Positions 1-7,480 of a stretch of 29,450 nt of DNA are shown one piece after another. The position numbers were made by a program, and so were the translations under genes. Source of the stretch: an uncultured bacterium (GTDB taxonomy: Bacteria; Patescibacteriota; Minisyncoccia; Phycocordibacterales; PALSA-1337); contig CAIKDL010000076.1 in assembly GCA_903826185.1 (NCBI GenBank), positions 1 through 29,450 on the forward strand, read 5' to 3'. Each line of letters starts with the position of its first letter. Within the stretch, counting starts at the first letter, position 1. The notes below the pieces were generated by a model. The model did no database searches. It had not been told where the DNA came from and worked only from the letters and a program-made list of their open reading frames with translations.

Positions 1-267
1 AAAACTCATCACAGTTTTGAAATCTGGCCTGCTGTCCTTTTCAGTAGTAATAATTTGACCACCTATACTGCCAATTCCAGGATCAGATAGTGTCAATGTA
101 GAACTTCTTTTGGCCTCATCGTAGCGACCTTGAAACTCTGAAAATAAAATCGTAATCGGCGTTGTGCTTTTTTTAGAATAAATATACAAATATTTGCCCT
201 CCGGTAAATTTTCCGGATTATCCTTTTTGTTATCTTTTAATTCACAAGAAATTCTCATAGTAATCAT
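1..267 (-). CDS. Hypothetical protein, partial (runs off the left edge); MITMRISCELKDNKKDNPENLPEGKYLYIYSKK...
   Basis: Hand-translated: 89 open codons from ATG at 267. Its ATG overlaps the upstream ORF's TGA (ATGA). AT-rich region. Not in the supplied ORF track. Confidence 0.6.
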   Translation of the reverse strand, partial: MITMRISCELKDNKKDNPENLPEGKYLYIYSKKSTTPITILFSEFQGRYDEAKRSSTLTLSDPGIGSIGGQIITTEKDSRPDFKTVMSF

Positions 268-404
268 GATTTTCTGATTATATCCTTTTCTTCTTCATTC
301 AATCCGTAAATATCCACAAGAGCATCAATTCTGTTAGAGAATGGTGGAATACTCCTTAGGTTACTTGAAAGTGTGTTTGCGCCTATATTAAAGATTGCTG
401 ACAT
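264..404 (-). pseudogene. 46-aa ORF resembling the C-terminal tail of a type IIG/Eco57I-like restriction-modification methylase (remnant)
   Basis: Hand translation ends RIDALVDIYGLNEEEKDIIRKS, similar to the recurrent IDxLVYxLYGLTEEEIxII tail of these enzymes. No upstream part of the enzyme is present. Confidence 0.4.
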
Positions 405-541
405 AAAAGTCTTTAAATCCTAGCATTTTTTGATATTTATTCAAAGATCTTAATCGTCGCACGCTCTTTGTCCTACCAAAAAGAATCTATATGCAGAGCT
501 AAAAAACCCTTATATTAACGCGACTCGAGCGTCACTCACAT

Positions 542-615
542 TGGCTGCGGGACTTGGATTCGAACCAAGATAACAAGCTTCAAAGGCTCGTGTCCTACCA
601 TTAGACGATCCCGCA
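542..615 (-). tRNA. trnQ: tRNA-Gln(TTG), CCA encoded
   Basis: Cloverleaf: acceptor TGCGGGA/TCCCGCA, anticodon arm CGAGC-CTTTGAA-GCTTG, T loop GGTTCGAATCC, ends GCCA. Confidence 0.97.
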
Positions 616-655
616 ATGTAATATGGTACGGCCGCATATTCGGCCAGACCATCAT

Positions 656-1708
656 TTAAACACAAATCTTCACAACAGCCAACTCCAAAGGAAGACTCTC
701 TATGGAGGCACGGCTAGTATCTGTAGAGGCTTGGAGCATGATAGAAAGCATGGCCGCAGTGACAAGCTTCTTCCCTGCTAGAGATGAAATGAAGGCCAAA
801 TCATCTTCTGAGGTGCGACTTTGTATCTGCTGTTTCGACGACGGAGAGAATTGCGTGAGCAGAATGAAACGCATCTTCTCCAAGATGAGTGTCATGAATA
901 TATTCATAGACAATCCGGATTCAACGGCTTTGCCGATAGTCGCCAATGCTTTATCGGCATCTTTGGAAACAATTTGTTCAATGAGATCGTTCACCAGCGT
1001 AGCTTTCGGTGCACCGGTTATCTCTTCGACATCAGCGCGCTTAATGACGCCAACTTTCTTGGCACCAGAATCCGCAGAAAAGGCGCGCGGCTCTGAAGAA
1101 GCAATGACTTTTTCTAAAGTACCAAGCGCATCGCGGAATGAACCGTCGCCGAGCAGCGCAATGAGGTCGGCGGCGCCAGCATCGAGCGTGAAGCCCTCCT
1201 TCTTGGCTATATCGCTCACGTGCGCACGGATGACGTCACGCGAAGGTCTACGGAATGAAAATGTTTGACAGCGAGAAATGATCGTCTCCGGAACTTTTTC
1301 CAGTTCGGTCGTGGCGAGAATGAAAATGACGTGCGCTGGTGGTTCCTCGAGAGTTTTCAGGAGTGCATTCCAAGCGTCTTTCGAAAGCATGTGCACTTCG
1401 TCGATGATGTAGACCTTGAGTGGTGACGAAAAAGGTAGAACAGCCACATGTTCGCGTAAATGACGGATGTCATCGATGCCTCGGTTCGAAGCGGCGTCTA
1501 TTTCGTAGACATCCTCTTCGCTAGTTTCTATGGCTCTAGCCAAAATACGAGCCACGCTAGTCTTACCAGTGCCGCGGCTACCAGAAAACAAATAGGCGTG
1601 CGCGATGTGCTTACTGGATATGGCGTCTTTGAGCGCACCTACAACCTGCTCTTGACCGACGACGTCGGACCATTTGCTTGGGCGGTATGTGCGATAGAGG
1701 ACTGGCAT
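656..1708 (-). CDS. dnaX: DNA polymerase III subunit gamma/tau (short form)
   Basis: LYRTYRP N-terminus, Walker A GSRGTGKT, EIDAAS, IIDEVHML, LLKTLEEPP, SRC motif. Confidence 0.95.
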   Translation of the reverse strand: MPVLYRTYRPSKWSDVVGQEQVVGALKDAISSKHIAHAYLFSGSRGTGKTSVARILARAIETSEEDVYEIDAASNRGIDDIRHLREHVAVLPFSSPLKVYIIDEVHMLSKDAWNALLKTLEEPPAHVIFILATTELEKVPETIISRCQTFSFRRPSRDVIRAHVSDIAKKEGFTLDAGAADLIALLGDGSFRDALGTLEKVIASSEPRAFSADSGAKKVGVIKRADVEEITGAPKATLVNDLIEQIVSKDADKALATIGKAVESGLSMNIFMTLILEKMRFILLTQFSPSSKQQIQSRTSEDDLAFISSLAGKKLVTAAMLSIMLQASTDTSRASIESLPLELAVVKICV

Positions 1709-1712
1709 GAGA

Positions 1713-2819
1713 TTATTCTAACACAACGTCGCTGACGATTCTCTTCACTTCTTTCAGATCCTTAGCAGCCATCAACTTAACCCGAAGTTCTTTGGCACCA
1801 TCCCAACCATTAACATAGGCTTTAAAATGCTTCTTCATAACAGCAAAATTCTTGATACGATCGTATTTTTTATCTTTTGCGCCGAACATCTTCTCAAAAG
1901 CAATAGCGTGTTCCAGCATGATCTTCAGGCGTTCACGCGGAGTCCGATCTTCTCGCGCATGCGCATGCGCGCCAGTTTTTTTACTAGCGCCGTCAGCAAA
2001 AAACCAAGGCTTACCAAATATACCACGACCGACCATAATGCCATCACAACCAGACTCGGCCGCCTTCTCTCGTGCATCCGCAAGCGAAACGACATCGCCA
2101 TTACCAATAATCAGAGTGCGCTCACTCGGCGATAAGTCAGCTTGAATAAAATCGCGCATCTTCACTATCTTAGACATTAGTTCCCAATGTGCCGGCACAT
2201 TGGACATTTCTTTGCGCGTGCGCAAATGCACAGTCAAAGCCGGCAGTTTTTGCTCAAGCAAAAGTTTGATCCAATCCCAATCGACTTTGTTATATCCTAT
2301 GCGTGTCTTCACGGAAACAGGTATGGCATTTTTGCCGCGCAAGTTTCCCTTGCCGCGCGTTTTTACTTTGCCACACACTCCCTCTCGCACCCCTTCGCGC
2401 GCCGCTTCCAAAACAGCTAACGCTTTCTTGGCATCTTTCATCATAGAAGCGCCTCCACCTTGCTTTTCGACAGCACGATCAGGACATCCCATATTAATAT
2501 CGAGGCCATCAAAACCAAGTTTAGCTACTAGTTTCGCGGCACCAAGCATAGCTTCTGGAGATCCAGAAAAAAGCTGCGCCACGATTGGTCTCTCCGCAGC
2601 CGAAAACTTCAAGTCGATCAGAAGTCGGCCACGTCCGGAAGACATCAGACCATCGGCAGAAACGAACTCTGTCCACATAACATCCGGCTTACCATACTTA
2701 GCGATCAACTTTCTAAATGCGGCATCAGTTACATTGGCCATCGGTGCCAAGGCGAAAAATGGCCGACCAGCGTGGCCCGGTCTATGTAGCTTTTGCCAGA
2801 AATTCTTCGCCATGCTCAT
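1713..2819 (-). CDS. dus: tRNA-dihydrouridine synthase (DusB-like)
   Basis: LAPMANVTD, AQLFSG, DINMGCP, GGGASMM, VKTRIG, TVHLRT, IGNGDV, GIMVGRG motifs. Confidence 0.92.
   Translation of the reverse strand: MSMAKNFWQKLHRPGHAGRPFFALAPMANVTDAAFRKLIAKYGKPDVMWTEFVSADGLMSSGRGRLLIDLKFSAAERPIVAQLFSGSPEAMLGAAKLVAKLGFDGLDINMGCPDRAVEKQGGGASMMKDAKKALAVLEAAREGVREGVCGKVKTRGKGNLRGKNAIPVSVKTRIGYNKVDWDWIKLLLEQKLPALTVHLRTRKEMSNVPAHWELMSKIVKMRDFIQADLSPSERTLIIGNGDVVSLADAREKAAESGCDGIMVGRGIFGKPWFFADGASKKTGAHAHAREDRTPRERLKIMLEHAIAFEKMFGAKDKKYDRIKNFAVMKKHFKAYVNGWDGAKELRVKLMAAKDLKEVKRIVSDVVLE
1715..1723 (-). promoter_or_regulatory. Extended -10 (TGTTAGAAT) 6 nt before the dnaX ATG; leaderless-type promoter
   Basis: Minus strand reads TG-T-TAGAAT-AATCTC-ATG. 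It overlaps the last codons of dus, so coincidence is possible. Confidence 0.45.
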
Positions 2820-2828
2820 GTTTTTTGC

Positions 2829-3719
2829 TTATTTCTTTATCTGTCTCACCAGCGATACTACATCAGAATCTCGAGCCTGGCTACCAAGCACGACCACAGC
2901 ATATGTTGGAGTAGTCGAACTAAACTTGAACAAAGATACGCCAGTGCGGTTGGCCTCCGGAAGATAACCGTTCTTCCCACCAAGATAATACGACCACGAC
3001 AGGAGATGTGTCGGATTCACCCAAGTATGAGAACGAATAGTCTTCAGTTTCAAAGCAGTAATATCTATTAGTTCCGGATGATTTTTATATATCCAACTCA
3101 TTATAATCGCTTGATCACGGGCCGTGGAAACACTTTTTGGTGATAAGCCAGCCGGATCATCGAAGTGTGTGCTGGGAGCACCGATGGATCGTGCAAAATC
3201 ATTCATAACCTTTATGAACTCAGTGCGGCCATAAGACATTGCCAATGCCTCAGCGGCATCATTCGAAGAGACCAGCAACAACGGATAGAGAAGGTCGTCG
3301 GACATGAACACTTCACCTTCTCTGAAACCAGCAGAATTACCATAAGTATCCAAAACCTGCTTGGAAATGACAATCCGCACACCAGAAGATAAAACATTTT
3401 CAGCAACCACCGCCGTTACCAATTTGGTCAAAGAGGCGATTGGCAAGATCCGGTCGGAATTGCGGGATATTGTGATAGAGCCATTATCTACATTCATCAC
3501 TACATACGACTTCGCACTTATGGCGATAGCGGTGGTGGTAGACATTGAATACAAAAGATCGAAAGTTTCATTCTGATTATCTTCTTCATATGTCACACTA
3601 GAAGGAGCCACCGGAACAACCGGCGCCGGTGTTGTCACCGATACACCAACCTTAACGAAGAAAAGACATAGAATGACTATGGCAAGACCGCCGAAGACTA
3701 TGTAGAAAAACTGTTTCAT
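2829..3719 (-). CDS. D-alanyl-D-alanine carboxypeptidase (peptidase S11), N-terminal membrane anchor
   Basis: SxxK (ASLTK), SxN (SSND), KTG-like GGKNG, hydrophobic N-terminus. Confidence 0.88.
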   Translation of the reverse strand: MKQFFYIVFGGLAIVILCLFFVKVGVSVTTPAPVVPVAPSSVTYEEDNQNETFDLLYSMSTTTAIAISAKSYVVMNVDNGSITISRNSDRILPIASLTKLVTAVVAENVLSSGVRIVISKQVLDTYGNSAGFREGEVFMSDDLLYPLLLVSSNDAAEALAMSYGRTEFIKVMNDFARSIGAPSTHFDDPAGLSPKSVSTARDQAIIMSWIYKNHPELIDITALKLKTIRSHTWVNPTHLLSWSYYLGGKNGYLPEANRTGVSLFKFSSTTPTYAVVVLGSQARDSDVVSLVRQIKK

Positions 3720-3734
3720 TTTTATGTCGATGCC

Positions 3735-4649
3735 CTACTTACTCTTATTACTCGACGCCGCACCACCATTGACACGGTAAAATACATTTGTGCCATAGCG
3801 GACATCCATATAGTCGAATGACGGCGGATTCTTGGCTCCATGTGTATCTGTGACCATATAGTTCCAGAAAGATAGTAGGTTGGAAAGCTCATCGGTGAGA
3901 GGTCTCGATTCATTGAAATATATGATGGCGATAGACTTATCTGGGTTCAATATGTACATCTCATATTCGCCTTTATCTTTTATCAAAACCGACTCCACTT
4001 CAAGACCAGCTGATTGCGCTCCATTATAAAATGCCTGCAAACGCACGAAACCTTCAGTAGAAGTGGCATAGCTGCCGATTGGGCTAGAGGTAGATGTAGC
4101 GGTGCCGGAAATATCTGGCGTGTAGTACCTATTGTATACACCAGAAGAAAGGTCAGGCGCCACGGCGTATATGAGACCGGCCTTATCCACAAAGAAACAA
4201 TCTCCATCGCCAAGAGAATCTGGAGAAGAATCCATGTTGGGAAAATTTGGACAAACCAAAGCTGATGGAGTTTTCTCTGTAACAGTTATCGATATCTGGT
4301 GCATGTCGTTTAAACTTGTAACAACATCTTCTATCCTGCCAGAAGCCTCTTTGACCGCGCGAACTACGGCACCGCGTGGGTATATAAGAGAGTTGGCTTT
4401 TGAAAATAAACCGAAATACGATCCGGAAATAGCCGACTCGGCGGCCGTTCGAAGACTGGTGGCGATATCAGGATCAGCCCCTTCGATACGCACCGAATCT
4501 ATCCTGAAAAAAGATACCTTAGAGAGCCACGACAAGGTAAATGCCCCGCCGGCCAAGATAACTATAGCTATGATCAACACCCAGATCACTTTCTTGCGCC
4601 TATGTTCCACATATGACGCCGACTGGCGTGTACGGCGGCTGAGTTGCAT
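3735..4649 (-). CDS. FtsQ/DivIB-like bitopic membrane protein with POTRA-type domain
   Basis: Basic cytoplasmic N-terminus, one TM helix, FRIDSVRIEG...ISITVTEK POTRA-like region, C-terminal YMDVRYGTNVFYR resembling FtsQ YIDLR. Confidence 0.6.
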   Translation of the reverse strand: MQLSRRTRQSASYVEHRRKKVIWVLIIAIVILAGGAFTLSWLSKVSFFRIDSVRIEGADPDIATSLRTAAESAISGSYFGLFSKANSLIYPRGAVVRAVKEASGRIEDVVTSLNDMHQISITVTEKTPSALVCPNFPNMDSSPDSLGDGDCFFVDKAGLIYAVAPDLSSGVYNRYYTPDISGTATSTSSPIGSYATSTEGFVRLQAFYNGAQSAGLEVESVLIKDKGEYEMYILNPDKSIAIIYFNESRPLTDELSNLLSFWNYMVTDTHGAKNPPSFDYMDVRYGTNVFYRVNGGAASSNKSK

Positions 4650-4650
4650 A

Positions 4651-5937
4651 TTATTTGTTGACTACGACGGCTGCGGCGCCGATAACGTCCTTGCCAAAAT
4701 ATTTGACTAGAGGAGCTGGCAACTTAATTGTTCCATCGGCTTGCTGGAAGTTTTCTACAAGCGAAACAAGGATGCGTGGCGTAGGAATGGCGGTCGAGTT
4801 CAAGGAATAGGCATATTTAAGTTTCCCTTCTTGATCCTTATAGCGGATATTCAAACGACGACATTGGAAATCATGGAAATAGGAGGCTGAGCCTATCTCG
4901 CGATATTTACCTTCCTTGGGAACCCACAGTTCAATGTCATACTTTTTCACTTGGCCAAGACCAAGGTCTCCACCACAATTGGTGACTGTATGATATGGAA
5001 TCCCGAGAGACTCTATGAATTCTTCAGTGTTACGATTTATCTCCTCATGATTCTTAACGGATACTTCATGGTTGGCCTCGCATAGTACAACCTGCTCGAA
5101 TTTATAAAATTCATTGACACGAATGAGGCCGCGGATATCTTTACCGTGAGCGCCAGCTTCGCGACGATAGCATGGAGAAAAACCGAGATAACGTTTCGGA
5201 AGCTCTGTGGCTGCCAAGACCTCATCGGCATGAAAGCCCATGATCGGCACTTCGGCTGTACCAGCTAAGTAATCTCCATCTTGGGTCTTATAGAGATCTT
5301 CCTCACCTTGCGGCAAATATCCGGAGCCGAAAAGATTTATCTTGCGCACCACAATTGGTGGCAAGACCGGCACGAAACCTTTGGTAGAGAAAAAATCCAG
5401 AGCGTAACTCCAAATAGCGAAACAGAGACGCACACCGTCACCAGTCAAGAAATATCCACGGAATCCGTGAACCTTCGAACCACGCTCGAAGTCGACCATG
5501 TTAAGTTTTGTCATTATCTCTACGTGGTCTTTTGGTTCGAATGTGAACTTAGGTTTTTCACCCCAACTTTTGACTTCTTTGTTATCCGCATCGCTATCAC
5601 CTTCAGGAACTGACATATCAGGCACGTTCGGTACTTGCAACATCAAGTTCTGCCATTTGACCATGACATCTTTGAACTCGGTCTCTTCTTTTTCAAGGTC
5701 AGCCTTGACGATCTTCATGGCAGCGATCAGTGCTGCTCGCTCCTCCGGAGTAGCGACTTTGGTGATCTTTTCGCTGGCGGCATTCTGCTCCGCGCGCTTC
5801 TTTTCGGTACTAGTCATAAGAGTGCGACGCTTGTCGTCAGCAGTAATAAGCTCTTCCACATCAAATTTAATGCGCTTTTTCTTGGCGGCGGCAGTGACCA
5901 AATCTTTGTTCTCTCTGATAAATCTTATATCCAACAT
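4651..5937 (-). CDS. serS: Serine--tRNA ligase
   Basis: MLDIRFIREN start, coiled arm, GTAE, YRREAG motif 2, LNSTAIPTPR motif 3. Confidence 0.98.
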   Translation of the reverse strand: MLDIRFIRENKDLVTAAAKKKRIKFDVEELITADDKRRTLMTSTEKKRAEQNAASEKITKVATPEERAALIAAMKIVKADLEKEETEFKDVMVKWQNLMLQVPNVPDMSVPEGDSDADNKEVKSWGEKPKFTFEPKDHVEIMTKLNMVDFERGSKVHGFRGYFLTGDGVRLCFAIWSYALDFFSTKGFVPVLPPIVVRKINLFGSGYLPQGEEDLYKTQDGDYLAGTAEVPIMGFHADEVLAATELPKRYLGFSPCYRREAGAHGKDIRGLIRVNEFYKFEQVVLCEANHEVSVKNHEEINRNTEEFIESLGIPYHTVTNCGGDLGLGQVKKYDIELWVPKEGKYREIGSASYFHDFQCRRLNIRYKDQEGKLKYAYSLNSTAIPTPRILVSLVENFQQADGTIKLPAPLVKYFGKDVIGAAAVVVNK

Positions 5938-5970
5938 GATGGTCTATATATTAACATACAATTTTAAAAG

Positions 5971-6025
5971 TTTTTAGGCGGTTTCTAGGCGGTTTTTCAT
6001 GGCTTTTTCACTGGGATTTTATCGG
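5971..6025. repeat. Five degenerate 11-bp units with phased T-tracts in the divergent serS/dprA intergenic region
   Basis: TTTTTAGGCGG TTTCTAGGCGG TTTTTCATGGC TTTTTCACTGG GATTTTATCGG. Confidence 0.6.
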
Positions 6026-6044
6026 GTGGCTCTATGATGTGGCG

Positions 6045-7022
6045 ATGGATCACGAGATGAACAATGACGAATTAAGCCACGACCTCGAAATGTGCCTTGG
6101 CCACCAGATACGACTCATTCCTCCGAATGAATACCCTTTTCTTTTGCGTCAATTGACCAAGCCTCCAGAAAAAATGTATATCTGCGGCGAACTGCCATCA
6201 GATGATCACAAGTTCCTGTGCGTCATTGGTTCGCGCGCCAATAGCCAATATGGCCGAGATGTCTGTCGCGAGATTATCCACGGATTGCGCGGAAGTCCAG
6301 TCGTCATAGTTTCTGGTCTGGCGATCGGTATGGATTCATTGGCTCATGAATTCGCTCTCGAAGTCGGCTTGAAGACTATCGCCGTTCCCGGATCCGGGCT
6401 CGATGAATCGGTTCTGTACCCGAGATCGAAACATTCTTTGGCACGAAGGATATTGGAGGCAGGCGGCGCGTTGCTGTCGCCTTTCGATTTAAACCGCGGA
6501 TCGGCGAAGTGGACTTTCATCGCGCGCAATGCCGTCATGGCTGGCCTGTCACATGCAATATTGATAATAGAAGGTCGCAAAGACTCTGGCACCATGATCA
6601 CCGCCGGCAACGCCTCGGAATTCAGTCGGGACTTGCTTGTCGTGCCAGGGTCGATATTTTCAGACCTTTCTTATGTTCCAAACTCTAGGCTTCGCGATGG
6701 CGGTTTGGCTGTGACTTGCGCAGAAGATGTTTTGGAGGCGTTGGGTTTGAGCGCAGAGTGTTCTTCAGGTCAATCCGGCAGCGAACGTGCGATATCAGAG
6801 CTTGGCGTCAATGAAAAGAGACTGCTTAAGTGTTTGTCATATCCCAAAATGCGAGATGAGTTGATCGCCGAGATGGGTATCGGCGCGCCCGAGCTCGGGG
6901 CGCTTTTAGGCGGTCTAGAGCTGCTGGGGGCAATATCGGACCAAGATGGAATGATCGCTAAAATGTGGAATGTGGGACGCGAGGCGCGAGGCGCAGGGTG
7001 CGAAAAAATAAATGAAGACTAG
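6045..7022 (+). CDS. dprA: DNA-processing protein DprA (Smf)
   Basis: VIGSRANSQYG, VSGLAIGMD, RNAVMAGLS, SGTMITA motifs and a C-terminal winged helix. Start set at ATG 6045 (TATGAT-N6-ATG); the track uses GTG 6039. Confidence 0.93.
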   Translation: MDHEMNNDELSHDLEMCLGHQIRLIPPNEYPFLLRQLTKPPEKMYICGELPSDDHKFLCVIGSRANSQYGRDVCREIIHGLRGSPVVIVSGLAIGMDSLAHEFALEVGLKTIAVPGSGLDESVLYPRSKHSLARRILEAGGALLSPFDLNRGSAKWTFIARNAVMAGLSHAILIIEGRKDSGTMITAGNASEFSRDLLVVPGSIFSDLSYVPNSRLRDGGLAVTCAEDVLEALGLSAECSSGQSGSERAISELGVNEKRLLKCLSYPKMRDELIAEMGIGAPELGALLGGLELLGAISDQDGMIAKMWNVGREARGAGCEKINED

Positions 7023-7278
7023 GTTTGGTTTTATCGAAAGTCGCCTAGTCGAGGCGCTCGGATTATCGGAAAAAGAGTTAAGTGTTTTTTCGTGGCTTGT
7101 GCAACATGCTTATGGAAAAAGGGTTAGCCAGATCGCGCGGGGTGCGAGCTTACCAAGAACCGCCGTTATACGAACTTTGGTAAGATTAGAAAAACGAAAA
7201 TTGATATTCCGGGTGCGCTCAGAAAAAATATACCTATGGAGATACAAACAGGGCCTGGAAAAATTTAGATATAAATGA
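7012..7278 (+). CDS. Small TrmB-like winged helix-turn-helix protein
   Basis: LGLSEKE...VSQIARGASLPRTAVIRTLVRLEKRKLI pattern typical of TrmB N-terminal HTH domains; overlaps the dprA stop. Confidence 0.7.
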   Translation: MKTRFGFIESRLVEALGLSEKELSVFSWLVQHAYGKRVSQIARGASLPRTAVIRTLVRLEKRKLIFRVRSEKIYLWRYKQGLEKFRYK

Positions 7279-7303
7279 GCTGGCGGGAAGAACACATCTA
7301 TTT

Positions 7304-7377
7304 GGCATAGTTGGTACTTTGACCGAAATCCGGTCAAAGTACCAATGTAGCCAAAGTGCACGTGCCCCACCGGAGGC
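7304..7377 (+). repeat. Dispersed palindromic element, copy 1 (perfect 15-bp stem 7311-7325/7331-7345)
   Basis: TTGGTACTTTGACCG-AAATC-CGGTCAAAGTACCAA; its first 22 nt are identical to 19440-19461. Confidence 0.85.
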
Positions 7378-7480
7378 TTAAAAATAATATGGATGAAAGG
7401 GTCATATAAAAACATCAAAAAACACCCCAAAAATTGCACATTTACCAAAAAACATGTAATACTTACCGGAACACCAAAAA

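Noticed and set aside
4603-4618. parS site (TGTTCCAC...)
   Set aside because: Only one half matches, it is not palindromic and it lies inside a CDS.
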